DNA of 64,000 nucleotides from Cenarchaeum sp. (GCA_965206845.1 OZ242221.1:960001-1024000); one strand, 5' to 3'; counted from the first letter of the stretch, positions 1 to 10,017 are shown. Notes: generated from the letters alone by a model not told the origin. Program-made: numbers and translations.

Positions 1-794
1 AGCGTCATGATCTCGTCTATGATCGATGAGACGCGCGCCAGCTTGCTCTCCGATATTGCCTCCCTCATCGAGTCGGACTTTGTGAAGGTGTAGAGCCCGT
101 CCTCGCCGCTGGAGTCCACACCCTCGGTGACCAGAATCCGGTGGCCCTTTCCAAGCCGGGATGCCTGGAGGTGGTTTGCCAGCCTGTTCTTTGTCTGCCC
201 CGGGCCGAATATTATCACGACATCGTTCTTTTTTACCATGCTTGCTAGCGCCACCCTGACCTCGTCAAAGAACCCCTCGATCTTAAACGAGCTCTTGTAC
301 CTCTTTCCGCTGTAACCGGAGTAGATGTTTGGTATGGTGTGCAGATGGGTTCCCTTCAGCCTTCCTATTCCGCAGTCGCTCGTGTCTATTGCAACCAGCA
401 CGAACCCCGCGCCGCCCTGGCTGGACTTGAGCAGGGCCCGGTGCAGGCCGGACCACGTCCTCTTGGTCAGCGTGAAGCTGTCGTTTGGCTTTATCACAAG
501 GGAGTGGTGCGACCTTCGGGGCACGGCCTCATTGTTTGATTCTGCAATCACCCCCTGGATGCGGAGCCTGTCCAGCCGGTAGTCCAGGCCGACCCGCTCC
601 ACGTCCAAGGCTATCCTTATCCTGACCCTCTGGCCGCTGTCGGGGCGGGCGTACTCCCTGTCGAGCTTTATCACCCTGGTGGTGTCTGAGACCACCCGGT
701 CGTCCCTGTCGATTACCCTTCTTAACGTCAGCAGGTCGTCTGGCTCCTCGGCGGTGACCGCCACCGAGCCGTCGCTGATTCTCTTGCAGATCAT
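1..794 (-). CDS. pelA: Pelota mRNA-surveillance/ribosome-rescue protein (3' end outside window)
   Basis: Own translation from ATG at 794: MICKRISDGSVAVTAEEPDDLLTLRRVIDRDDRVVSDTTRVIK...RLRIQGVI...HHSL, eRF1 domain-1/pelota signature; open frame runs off the window so it is absent from the ORF track. Confidence 0.9.
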   Translation of the reverse strand, partial: MICKRISDGSVAVTAEEPDDLLTLRRVIDRDDRVVSDTTRVIKLDREYARPDSGQRVRIRIALDVERVGLDYRLDRLRIQGVIAESNNEAVPRRSHHSLVIKPNDSFTLTKRTWSGLHRALLKSSQGGAGFVLVAIDTSDCGIGRLKGTHLHTIPNIYSGYSGKRYKSSFKIEGFFDEVRVALASMVKKNDVVIIFGPGQTKNRLANHLQASRLGKGHRILVTEGVDSSGEDGLYTFTKSDSMREAISESKLARVSSIIDEIMT

Positions 795-827
795 GGCGCC
801 TCGTGACACGGTGGAGAAAAAAAGGAG

Positions 828-1250
828 TCAGCCAATAATCTTCTTTATGTTTGAGGTCTGCTCCGGGGCCTTCTTCTTCGCGTAGTTTTCCGCCCACTCC
901 GGCGTGATGACTCCGGCCTCGGTCAGGTTGACAAGGGTGTTTGACGATGCCTCGCCGCTTGCCTTGCCGTTGTACCGCCTTATCTGCCGCCATTTCATGC
1001 TGGTGTTGCCGCTCTTTGAGGTATATATGATTCCCAGAACGTCCCTGGCGTTGACAAAGGTAATGTCCCTGATCTTTTTGAGGGTTGCCTTGTCGGCCGC
1101 CTCCACGTATACGGCGCCCAGCTTCTCGTCCCTCTCCGGAAAGACCTCAAAATCCTCCAGATATCTCCTGGGGGCGTAGGAGCTGCATGTGCTGGTCATG
1201 ATAAACTTCCTAAAACTCTCAAGCGAGCATGGGATCTCAATTTGGGTCAT
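828..1250 (-). CDS. Hypothetical protein (thaumarchaeal type)
   Basis: 140-aa ORF with normal composition; TATA-like GATAAATA about 25 bp upstream. Confidence 0.75.
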   Translation of the reverse strand: MTQIEIPCSLESFRKFIMTSTCSSYAPRRYLEDFEVFPERDEKLGAVYVEAADKATLKKIRDITFVNARDVLGIIYTSKSGNTSMKWRQIRRYNGKASGEASSNTLVNLTEAGVITPEWAENYAKKKAPEQTSNIKKIIG

Positions 1251-1282
1251 TACAACTAAAGAGAGTCAGCTATTTATCAAGT

Positions 1283-1530
1283 TTATCAGAACTCTGTGAA
1301 ATACAGTTGGTGGAACTGCCGTTCCCATTCCGCCTAACCACAGATCCTGTCCTTCTGCAAAGACCGAACCCCCCTGACGGAGAACCGAACCTTCCCCGGA
1401 CTGCCAACAAAGCGGAGTCGCTCTAACTTCAGTCTGTACGCGGGCATGTCTCAAAACATGTCGGGTCGCAAAATCGGTGCCAGAACGGAATCGTTCCGGC
1501 ACCGCCTGCGTTTTACGAAGAACCTGATAA
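1283..1530 (-). ncRNA. Highly structured ~248-nt non-coding RNA, family unassigned
   Basis: 5' UUAUCAGG pairs with 3' UCUGAUAA; internal stems CGGUGCCGGAACG/CGUUCUGGCACCG, GACUG/CAGUC, GUCUUU/AAGGAC, GGAAC-GGCA-GUUCC (GNRA); G-U wobbles favour the minus strand; TATA-like TTAAAAAT at ~1550-1557. Confidence 0.75.
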
Positions 1531-1679
1531 TATAATGTACAAATCAGACATTTTTAACTTGGGAATTCCGGTTCTGTGCAGTCCTGGCGATATGGGCACC
1601 AGTCTCCAGACGGCGCGATGCCACATTCTCCGTTCAGGCGCACACACTTTGGGGAACCTGCCTCAGGCGCGATGCAGCC

Positions 1680-2816
1680 TCATGCTCCGGACGATGTGGC
1701 CAGTCCCTTGCAGAGCATGTATGCCGCAGCATAGCCCGGAACCGTCACCTGCTCGCTGTCATACGGTCCAAACGCGTGGCCCTTCAGCCTAAAGGCCACA
1801 GGGCACCTAGCCGTTACCGTAACCGGCCCGTCGTCCAGAACGCAGGCATCCACGTGGGGATCAAAGGAGTCAAGATCCCCGCACGGCACCTTTGCCATTC
1901 CGCTCTTGCCGTTCAGGGAGTCAGGCATCCTGAAGATTCTGTGCACGTCCGTGGTGACCTGCGGGTCGATCCTGGCCCCTATCGTGCCGGCGATCTCCCT
2001 GAGGCTCCTCTGGTAGCTGTCGTACGCATCGCCGTCAATCTGCGAGATGAACCTTTTGCGGCCCGTCTTGTTTACAAAGATCCCCTTGGCCACGCGCCCT
2101 GCCCATCCGGCATCCCCAAGCTCCGGAAGCGTCTTTTGGAGATCCCTCTTTGGCTGCCGCCTTGTCACCCCAAACCTTTCAGGGACGGCGCCGTTGAACC
2201 GTATATAGTCCACCAGCTCGCCCCGTTCCCTGGAGTTCAGCTGCTCAAAGTGCGGGGCGTGTGCGTGGACGTGAAACCCCTCATTCCCGGAAAAATATAC
2301 CCGAATGCTCCCCTCCGGCATGCCAAAGTCACGGACAAGTATGTCCTCCAGCTTTCGCACCTCCTTCTTGGACGCGTCGATGCAGTCCCTGCAGGCAACC
2401 GACTTGGAGTCGAGCTTTGCAGAGCCGCAGGCGCGGCAGGCAGACGCGTCCCGGGATACGGCCATGCAGTCGCCGCACCGGTACACCGTGTGGCCCGCCC
2501 TGCACTCCAGATTAAGATCCTTTGCGTCGATATCAAAGATGAGATCCGCCCCCTTCCAGTCCTTCTCGTTCATCGGCAGGTCCGGAAAGGAGTAGTATGC
2601 GTTGGAGCAGTAGACGTCAGACGGCGAGTTCGATACCAGCATGACGCGCAGGGCGCCGTCGTCCCTCATGGCCAGGTGCCGGTTCATGCCGCCGTTGAAC
2701 CTCTGGTATCCAAACTCGCGCCGCCCCATCTTGTGCGGCACGTGAATCCTGCCGACGTTCTCAAAATAGTACCTCTTGAAGAGCCCCTCTAGGAGCGCCG
2801 CGTCGTCCTCATTCAT
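1680..2816 (-). CDS. priS: DNA primase small (catalytic) subunit
   Basis: REFG, DLIFDID, FSGNEGFHVH, IDPQVTTDVHRIFRMPDSLN motifs; Zn-ribbon insertion. Confidence 0.95.
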   Translation of the reverse strand: MNEDDAALLEGLFKRYYFENVGRIHVPHKMGRREFGYQRFNGGMNRHLAMRDDGALRVMLVSNSPSDVYCSNAYYSFPDLPMNEKDWKGADLIFDIDAKDLNLECRAGHTVYRCGDCMAVSRDASACRACGSAKLDSKSVACRDCIDASKKEVRKLEDILVRDFGMPEGSIRVYFSGNEGFHVHAHAPHFEQLNSRERGELVDYIRFNGAVPERFGVTRRQPKRDLQKTLPELGDAGWAGRVAKGIFVNKTGRKRFISQIDGDAYDSYQRSLREIAGTIGARIDPQVTTDVHRIFRMPDSLNGKSGMAKVPCGDLDSFDPHVDACVLDDGPVTVTARCPVAFRLKGHAFGPYDSEQVTVPGYAAAYMLCKGLATSSGA

Positions 2817-3828
2817 ACAGCGTACGTCTCCTGCCGAACTGTAGCGGGTTTGTTATGCCGCGGCACTCTGCGGTCTCAAAGCACAGATCGTTGCTCTTTA
2901 TCTTGGTGCACGACGGGCAGACGTATCCGGTTGTGCCGTCGCCCCCGCTGGCGATGTGGTTGAGCTGGTACCGCGTTATCTTCTCGTTATAGTCCGGGGC
3001 GCTCTTGAAGAGAGGCACTATCTCATCCACGGGCGTGCCGCGGGAGAGCAGGTATGATGCCAGCATAAACCGTCCCGAATGCGGCAGGTTCTTGCCGTCC
3101 TCCAGCTCCTTGATGGCATGCTTGATGCACGGGGGATAGCCTACAGATACAATCGGCGCGGTGTAGAACCGTTTTGCCAGCTGGGCCAGCCTCCACACCG
3201 GTTCCTCAAAGTTCGGCAGCATGGGGGGCTGGGCGGCAGACTGGATCCTGTCGGCGATGTATCTGTTCAGCTGCTGCCTGATCAGCCTGACCACCTCGTG
3301 CCGGTTCAGAAACACCTTTCCGCCGTCCACCCGCCGGTTGACCAGCTTCCACGGGAGCTCGTGAAAGAACACGGAGCGGCGGACATAGTCCTGGATCGGA
3401 ATCACAAAGTCCCGCCCCCGTCTCTCTATGCTTACTGAGAAGAGATCCTCAATGATCTTTGTGGCCGGATACTCCTTGGTGGTGTCGCGAAGATCCCCGA
3501 GGTCGCTCTCCAGATAGTGCTCTGCCCTGCGCGATTCCGCCATGACAAACTTGTTGACGAGCGCCCCGGATCTTCCCAGCTTCAGCAGAACCGTGGCTAT
3601 CAGAAACGAGAAGACCTCCATATCCAGCGTATACCCCTCAAGGATCTCTGACTTGTCGACGCCCCCGTCGACGGCTAGCTTTATTCTGTCATATGCCTTC
3701 TCGATGATCTTCTTCAGATCGGGATCGGAGCCGAACTTCTCTATGGTAAAGCTGGGATCCTGAAGATGCCTACCGGCATCGGGAAGAAACGGGTACTTTG
3801 CCATCTCGACAGACCCTATGTCGACCAT
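2809..3828 (-). CDS. priL: DNA primase large subunit
   Basis: AKYPFL, YPPCIK, C-terminal Fe-S cysteines, NPLQF; start trimmed to MVDIG. Confidence 0.92.
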   Translation of the reverse strand: MVDIGSVEMAKYPFLPDAGRHLQDPSFTIEKFGSDPDLKKIIEKAYDRIKLAVDGGVDKSEILEGYTLDMEVFSFLIATVLLKLGRSGALVNKFVMAESRRAEHYLESDLGDLRDTTKEYPATKIIEDLFSVSIERRGRDFVIPIQDYVRRSVFFHELPWKLVNRRVDGGKVFLNRHEVVRLIRQQLNRYIADRIQSAAQPPMLPNFEEPVWRLAQLAKRFYTAPIVSVGYPPCIKHAIKELEDGKNLPHSGRFMLASYLLSRGTPVDEIVPLFKSAPDYNEKITRYQLNHIASGGDGTTGYVCPSCTKIKSNDLCFETAECRGITNPLQFGRRRTLYE

Positions 3829-3891
3829 GAATCGGTTTGCCCGCCTGCGCTTAAAAAGCTGGTTTAAATTATCTGGGAGGAATCCAAGGAC

Positions 3892-4731
3892 ATGAAGGTC
3901 GGCTGCCACGTGTCAATCTCGGGCGGGGTGGACAGGGCAGTCGACAACGCAGTCGAGAGGAAGTGCCTTGCATTTCAGATCTTTACCAGAAATCCCCGCG
4001 GCTGGAGGGCAAAGGAGCTGGGCGAGACGGAGATCTCAGAGTACAGGAGAAAGCTCGACGCAAGCGACATCGACCGGCACGCCACATGCGCCCACATGCC
4101 ATACCTGCCCAACCTGGCATCCACAAACAGCGACGCGCACCAGAAATCCGTAGACACACTCGTCGGCGAGGTCCGGCGGTGCGGGGATCTGGGAATCCCG
4201 TACCTGGTCACGCACTTGGGAAGCCATCTGGGCGCCGGCGAGGAGGCCGGCATCAGGCAGCTGGTCATGGCATACACCAAGGCGGCCGGGGTAAGAAACG
4301 ACGTGACCATTCTGCTGGAGAATACAGCGGGGCAGAAGAACTCCGTAGGCTCGGAGTTTGGCCAGCTGGGATCCATCCTGTCGCAGCTGGAGCCGCAGGA
4401 GCGGTTTGGCGTGTGCATCGACACGTGCCATGCCTTTGTTTACGGGTACGACCTGAGAACCCCGGATGCGGTCAGGGAGGCGTTTGCGAGGTTTGATGAC
4501 GCCGTGGGCTTTGAGCGCCTGAAGATCCTGCACCTGAACGATGCCAGGGGGGAGATGGGCTCCAGGCTGGACCGGCACTATCACATAGGCCTCGGGCACA
4601 TAGGCATGGAGGGCATCGGGGCCGTGGCAAGGCTGGCAGGCAAGAAGGGGATACCCATCATACTCGAGACCCCCATAGACGACACCCGGGACGACTTTGA
4701 AAACATCAGGATAGTCAAGGGGTTAACATAA
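3892..4731 (+). CDS. nfo: Endonuclease IV (AP endonuclease)
   Basis: GCHVSISGG, HMPYLPNL, LENTAGQ, CIDTCH, HLND, DRH, ILETP. Confidence 0.95.
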   Translation: MKVGCHVSISGGVDRAVDNAVERKCLAFQIFTRNPRGWRAKELGETEISEYRRKLDASDIDRHATCAHMPYLPNLASTNSDAHQKSVDTLVGEVRRCGDLGIPYLVTHLGSHLGAGEEAGIRQLVMAYTKAAGVRNDVTILLENTAGQKNSVGSEFGQLGSILSQLEPQERFGVCIDTCHAFVYGYDLRTPDAVREAFARFDDAVGFERLKILHLNDARGEMGSRLDRHYHIGLGHIGMEGIGAVARLAGKKGIPIILETPIDDTRDDFENIRIVKGLT

Positions 4732-4757
4732 TTAACCCGCTTGTTGCGGCAAGATTC

Positions 4758-6215
4758 GTGGGATACGACAGCGTGATGAAGCTTGCCTTGGAGAGGGGGT
4801 TCTATTTCCCGAGCTGCGAGATATACAGCGACTCCCAGGCGGGGTTCTGGGAGTACGGCCCCACCGGCCTGAGCCTAAAGAACAAGTTCCTTGAGCTGTG
4901 GCGGAGGGAGCTGGTGAGGCGCGACCAGATGATCGAGATAGACGGCTCCCAGATCATGTCGCGGTCCGTCTTTGAGGCGTCAGGGCACCTGGAGAGCTTT
5001 GCGGATCCCATAGTCAAGTGCACCGGGTGCGGGGCCACCTTCAGGGCGGACAGGATGATCTCCGAGGCCGGAGGGCTGGAGATTCCGGAGAACGCCGGGC
5101 TGGAGGAGTTCGATCAGGCCATACTGCAAAACGGCATCAGGTGCGCCAAGTGCGGCCACGATCTTGGGCCCGCCAGAAGGTTCAACATGATGTTTCGGGT
5201 GGGCATAGGCCCAGACGGCGAGGAGGCATACCTGAGGCCGGAGACATGCCAGTCGATCTTTGTCGACTTTCCCAGGATCTTCAAGACCATGCGGGGCAGG
5301 CTTCCGTTGGGGATAGCCCAGGCCGGCAAGAGCTTCAGAAACGAGATCTCCCCGCGGCAGAGCCTCCTCAGGCTGAGGGAGTTCTACCAGGCAGAGATAG
5401 AGGTGTTCTGCAACCCCGCCAACCTGAACGACCTGAAAAAATTCGCGCGCCTACAGGATACCGTGATCCGCATCCAGACGGGGGCAGAGCCAAAGGCCAT
5501 GACATGCCGGGAGGCCGTGCAGTCTGGTGCCGTACCCAGCGAGTTTGTGGCGTACTATCTGGGAATGCTGGCAGAGTTCTACCAGAAGACCGGAATCGAC
5601 ATGGAGCGGAGCCGCTTCAGGAGGCTGGGCGACAAGGAGAAGGCGTTCTATGCGGAGGCGGCCTTTGACTTTGAGGTGGAGACCACGACGGGGTGGCTGG
5701 AGCTTGTCGCCTGCAACTACAGGTCCGACTACGACCTGGGCTGCCATGCCAGAAAGAGCAAAGAAAAGTTCGAGGTGATGGACGGCGACCAGAAGGTGCT
5801 GCCGCATGTATTTGAGATATCCATGGGAATCGACCGCAGCCTGTACACGATTCTGGAGCACGGCCTGAGGGACGACAGGGAGAACGAGAGGACGGTCCTG
5901 TCCATAGTGCCGTACCTGGCGCCTGTCCACGTGGGGGTTCTGTCGCTGGTAAAGAAGGGGGGGCTTCGGGAGAAGACCGACGAGGTGTTTGACTCCCTGA
6001 AGACAAAGGTCGACGCCTTTCTGGATCACTCGGGCGCCATAGGGAGAAGGTACAGGAGGCTGGACGAGATCGGCGTCCCCTACGCGCTGACGGTGGACCA
6101 CCAGACGCTGGAGGACGGCACCGTCACCATAAGGGAGCGCGACTCGATGGAGCAGAGGCGGATACGGCTTGCCGATGTCACAGGCGAGATCACGGGCCTG
6201 GTCTCCTTTCCCTAG
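4758..6215 (+). CDS. glyS: Glycine--tRNA ligase (alpha2 type)
   Basis: YLRPETCQSIF, FRNEISPRQ, LRLREF, IGRRYRRLDEIG anticodon-binding domain. Confidence 0.95.
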   Translation: MGYDSVMKLALERGFYFPSCEIYSDSQAGFWEYGPTGLSLKNKFLELWRRELVRRDQMIEIDGSQIMSRSVFEASGHLESFADPIVKCTGCGATFRADRMISEAGGLEIPENAGLEEFDQAILQNGIRCAKCGHDLGPARRFNMMFRVGIGPDGEEAYLRPETCQSIFVDFPRIFKTMRGRLPLGIAQAGKSFRNEISPRQSLLRLREFYQAEIEVFCNPANLNDLKKFARLQDTVIRIQTGAEPKAMTCREAVQSGAVPSEFVAYYLGMLAEFYQKTGIDMERSRFRRLGDKEKAFYAEAAFDFEVETTTGWLELVACNYRSDYDLGCHARKSKEKFEVMDGDQKVLPHVFEISMGIDRSLYTILEHGLRDDRENERTVLSIVPYLAPVHVGVLSLVKKGGLREKTDEVFDSLKTKVDAFLDHSGAIGRRYRRLDEIGVPYALTVDHQTLEDGTVTIRERDSMEQRRIRLADVTGEITGLVSFP

Positions 6216-6669
6216 CGTCTGCTAGGGCCTTTCGCATGTTGTCAATGTGCGAGCCGTGCCAATAGAGCTTGCCGCAGCCAGTGCACCTCCAGATGTCGTG
6301 GGCCTCCGATATCCGGGCGGGCACTGCCCCGGATTCTGGCCCGTCGTCCCGCCGCAGGGTGCCGTTGCATACGGTGCACCGGGCGCGGCTGCAGTCGATC
6401 CTCAGATCCCCCAGCCCAAGCCTTGCGGCGATCTCCAGGGTGTGTGCCACTGGATCGCGCCCGGCAGGACATACCGCCAGAATGCCGGCCTTCTGCGCCC
6501 GGCGGTACAGCGCCGCATCCTTTGTGATGAGAACGCGGTTCTCCCTTGCCGCGGTCTCCAGCAGGGCGTCGTCCCCGGCATCTGACTGGTATGTTGCATC
6601 AAACCCCAGAATCCTCAGCTTCCGTGTAGTCCTGCCCAGCATCGCATCGACGGCAAACCGGTGCCCCAA
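6190..6669 (-). CDS. Mut7-C RNase (PIN-like) domain protein with Zn ribbon
   Basis: FAVDAMLG..LRILGFD, RVLITKD, RCTVCNG, CTGCGKLYWHGSH. Confidence 0.88.
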   Translation of the reverse strand: MGHRFAVDAMLGRTTRKLRILGFDATYQSDAGDDALLETAARENRVLITKDAALYRRAQKAGILAVCPAGRDPVAHTLEIAARLGLGDLRIDCSRARCTVCNGTLRRDDGPESGAVPARISEAHDIWRCTGCGKLYWHGSHIDNMRKALADARERRPGP

Positions 6670-6670
6670 C

Positions 6671-8578
6671 CTACTCCCGCCGGTTCACCTTTGTTATGTG
6701 GCTCTTTCCTGCCGGCAGCACCCGGAGAAAGTCATCCACGCTGAACCGTGCCGCCGCGTCCTCGTTGATCTTTATGAACTCGCTCCGTAACCTCTTTGCA
6801 ATGTCGGCAGGCTCCGAGCCGCCGGGCTCGATCACCGCATGCCACAGGGAGTTCTTCCTCACCGCATCGGCCGGCCCGCACTCCAGCAGGTACTCCCCGT
6901 TTCTCTCGAGCATTCCTACGCCAAGCTTCAGGGTCGGCACCCGGACAAAGTTGCGCTGCCCGCCGATGCTAAACGATCCCCTTGGAAGAAACTGCCCGCT
7001 GGGAGCCGCCTTCTTTACCTGGTCTGGCTCCACCCAGTAGGAGCTGGCGCCATACATGGCCTCCCTCCAGGCCCTGCTGAAGCAGACCGTTGCGTGCGCC
7101 ACCTCGTTTATGCTGACAGGCGACGCGCTCTGGCCATCCTTGAGGACAAAGAACGGCGAGCCGAACACCTCTGCGTGGAACACCCTGTCGCCGCTACCTA
7201 TGTGCTTTCGTACGATGGACGAGTTTGAGGACGCGTCCCTGCCCCCCACGGCCAGGTTTCCGTCGGATGTGAAGAACCACCTGTATCTCTCAAACCAGTT
7301 CTTCTTCCTGATGTTGGCATACCCGACGGACTCCTGAACGCCCTGCGCCTGGTTCTTGAGCCGGGCAATCTCCCGCTCCGTCTTTCTCTTTTGCTTCTCT
7401 ATGGTGGGTACCGCAGCGGACTGCTTCTTTGCCTCATCAAACAGCGTCGAGGCTATGGCGGGAAGGGACGAGCTGGGATCAATCCTGATCTTCTCGTCAA
7501 GAATCTTGATTATCGTGGAGCCACGCTCGCTTGCAAGCTGGACATCCAGCCTCTTCAACTCGGCCTCGGCGCGCGGTTCCCTTATGGAGAACGTGCCCTG
7601 TGAGACCAGCGCAAAGAGCAGCCTTGCCACGCCGGATATTGCATCTGACCGCTCCTGTACAAGCCGTATTGCCCCGTTCTGCTCGTTCAGTCTGCTCTCC
7701 AGCTGCGCAATCTTGCCGCTCTCGGTCGCAGTCTTTGCCGACCTTGCCTCCTGGAGTATCTTCTCCGTAAATATGAGATCAAGGCCCCGGTCAAAGCTGG
7801 GCACCGGCTCGAGCTCGTCTGGCACGGCGACCCTGATGGGGCAGGCCTCGGGCCTTGCGCCTCTTATTATGACGGGATCGTGCCTGCCGCTGCCCACCTC
7901 ACCGACGATCCCGCGCACGGCATCAAATATAGCCTCCCGCTGGCGTGCCGCAAGCTCTCTTCCGGGCAGGGTGGAGTCGATTCTGGCGCGCCCAAACACC
8001 TCCTTGATGTATCTGGCTGGCAGCCCCAGGCTTCTTCCCACCCATTTGCCGCAGCCGAGATCGGAGTTCTGAATCTCGTCTATCTGACCTTGGGACAGCT
8101 CGAACACGTTCAGCCCGTTCTGCGGGGGAGGGGCGTACGTCGAGCCCACCCTGAGCGTGCGGTGTCGCACCTCCAGGGAGTGCTGCAGTGCCAGGATCTT
8201 CATCTCCTTGCTGCACAGTATGATGTTTCCGTCGCCGAAGAACTCGGCCACCACCACAAACTCCCTCTCAAAGCCCCCAAACGACAGGTATGCTATTCTC
8301 TCGGTTCCCACCTGCCGGATCCCGGTTATCTTGAGCCTGAGCAGGTCGTCCCTCAGGCGCCGCGTCATCCTGTGGAGCTCGATCTGATCGATCTTCACCT
8401 CGGTGACCCACATGCCAAACGTGGTAAGCATCAGAAAGATGTCCGGCTGGTCCGGGTGGTGCAGCTTGAAGAGGATGCTGTCCCTTGTGATTCCATATAT
8501 GTTGCTCACATAGTATCCCGCGATCTTCTCTGAGATCGAGTCCACCAGATAGCGCAGCTCTATGCCTGCCAGTCCCAT
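6671..8578 (-). CDS. rqcH: NFACT/Rqc2 ribosome quality-control protein
   Basis: EFFGDGNIIL, WFERYRWFFTSDG, GGRDASSN, FHAE, APSGQFLPRGSF; start trimmed to MGLAGIEL with TATA at ~8601-8611. Confidence 0.9.
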   Translation of the reverse strand: MGLAGIELRYLVDSISEKIAGYYVSNIYGITRDSILFKLHHPDQPDIFLMLTTFGMWVTEVKIDQIELHRMTRRLRDDLLRLKITGIRQVGTERIAYLSFGGFEREFVVVAEFFGDGNIILCSKEMKILALQHSLEVRHRTLRVGSTYAPPPQNGLNVFELSQGQIDEIQNSDLGCGKWVGRSLGLPARYIKEVFGRARIDSTLPGRELAARQREAIFDAVRGIVGEVGSGRHDPVIIRGARPEACPIRVAVPDELEPVPSFDRGLDLIFTEKILQEARSAKTATESGKIAQLESRLNEQNGAIRLVQERSDAISGVARLLFALVSQGTFSIREPRAEAELKRLDVQLASERGSTIIKILDEKIRIDPSSSLPAIASTLFDEAKKQSAAVPTIEKQKRKTEREIARLKNQAQGVQESVGYANIRKKNWFERYRWFFTSDGNLAVGGRDASSNSSIVRKHIGSGDRVFHAEVFGSPFFVLKDGQSASPVSINEVAHATVCFSRAWREAMYGASSYWVEPDQVKKAAPSGQFLPRGSFSIGGQRNFVRVPTLKLGVGMLERNGEYLLECGPADAVRKNSLWHAVIEPGGSEPADIAKRLRSEFIKINEDAAARFSVDDFLRVLPAGKSHITKVNRRE

Positions 8579-8859
8579 AAACAGCAACCGACGCACCCGC
8601 ATTATACTTTTACTCATGCTTGATCCGTGTTGGGCCGAAACGCGCACGATACCTGATGGAGAGTTAGGTTGGGCATGGGCCAAACTCTCACATTCCGTCG
8701 TATCTGTCATCATTTGTGCCTAAATCTACACGGAGTGGACAGAGATATCCAGGTAGAACCACTCTCCCAATCAAACTGTAGTGACTTAACCTCTTACCGC
8801 GGCAGCGCGCGACTAAAGATTTTAAACAAGGCGCATTAAACTCACTCTAGAAACTTACA

Positions 8860-9417
8860 TTGGCCAAATTTAAGAAAAAGAGATCCAAACCGACAGGTGG
8901 CCCAGAGGACTCTAAAAAAGAGATAAAAGACACCGCTGCCGACAAGCCGGCAGACGATGCCGACTCGACGCCGCCAACCGAGGAGATAGACGCACTGCCG
9001 CCCGAGAAGATAGACGCACTGCCGCCCGAGAAGACAAGGCTGCCCCCGCCGTTGCGATCCAAAAAAGGCCACATAGTCTCCGTGGCCGAGGCGGCCGAGA
9101 CAAAAAGGAAGATGGATCGGCTCTTCTGGATGCGCGTGGTTCTTTCCGTGATTGCCGGGGCGTCTGCCACATTCCTGTTCGAGTCCATCGAGGATGTAGA
9201 GGAGAAGAGGTGGACCTCCATCGGGTTTATGATAGCGGTGTTCATCGTGTCGGTGATCATTGCCAAGAGCATGAAGATCCGGCTTCCCTCTGGCAGAAAG
9301 AAGCTGATAACAAACGGCCTTGGCAGCTTTGTGTTCCTCTACCTGTTTGTGTGGATTGTCACGTACACGCTTGTGAACTCTGGATCCGGCGGCGGCTTTG
9401 TCACGCCTGTCATATAG
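8860..9417 (+). CDS. Three-TM membrane protein with disordered N-terminus (possibly EMC6/Rab5ip-like)
   Basis: TTG start; charged Pro-rich N-terminus, then LFWMRVVLSVIAG and two further hydrophobic helices. Confidence 0.7.
   Translation: MAKFKKKRSKPTGGPEDSKKEIKDTAADKPADDADSTPPTEEIDALPPEKIDALPPEKTRLPPPLRSKKGHIVSVAEAAETKRKMDRLFWMRVVLSVIAGASATFLFESIEDVEEKRWTSIGFMIAVFIVSVIIAKSMKIRLPSGRKKLITNGLGSFVFLYLFVWIVTYTLVNSGSGGGFVTPVI
8986..9033 (+). repeat. 24-bp in-frame tandem duplication (IDALPPEK x2)
   Basis: atagacgcactgccgcccgagaag occurs twice in tandem. Confidence 0.9.
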
Positions 9418-9423
9418 GGCTAC

Positions 9424-10017
9424 ATGATGTGGGACCACAAGACGCCGGGGATTCCGGACTCGGAGTTTGAGCGGGCCGAACGCGTCCCCATAACAAAGGA
9501 GGAGGTCAGGGCCATCCAGATCAGCAAGGCAAGGCTAAACTCCGGGGATACCGTATATGACGTCGGCTGCGGGAGCGGCTCTGTCAGCGTTGAGGCGGGC
9601 CTGCAGGTGGAGGGGCGCGGCCGGGTCTTTGCCATAGACGTCGATCCCGACGCGGTCACGCTCACAAAGCGGAACCTGGCAAGGTTTGCGGTCGGCAACG
9701 CCTCGGTCATACTGGGCAACGCGCTGGACAAGATTGCAGGCCTGCCTGCCGCGGACAGCATATTTGTCGGCGGTACCGGCGGCGACACGGCAGACATAGT
9801 AACGCTGTGCGAGGAGCGGCTGAAGGCGGGCGGACGGATCGTCATAGGCGTAATCCAGATAGAGACGTTGGCAGCAGTGCTGGGCGTACTGGATCGGCTT
9901 CGGTTCGAGTCGGTTGACGTAACGCAGGTCACGGTGGCAAAGAGCAGGAAGACGTCCACCGGCACGATGATGCTGGCAAGAAACCCGGTTACCATAATCT
10001 CTGCCACCAGGGCATAG
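9424..10017 (+). CDS. cbiT: Cobalt-precorrin-6B C15-methyltransferase (decarboxylating)
   Basis: PITKEEVRA, DVGCGSGSV, IFVGG, ARNPV. Confidence 0.92.
   Translation: MMWDHKTPGIPDSEFERAERVPITKEEVRAIQISKARLNSGDTVYDVGCGSGSVSVEAGLQVEGRGRVFAIDVDPDAVTLTKRNLARFAVGNASVILGNALDKIAGLPAADSIFVGGTGGDTADIVTLCEERLKAGGRIVIGVIQIETLAAVLGVLDRLRFESVDVTQVTVAKSRKTSTGTMMLARNPVTIISATRA

Noticed and set aside
1283-1530. RNase P RNA, SRP RNA, or the 78-aa ORF 1266-1502
   Set aside because: Conserved RNase P and SRP motifs are missing on both strands; the ORF has no protein-like features and overlaps the next promoter.
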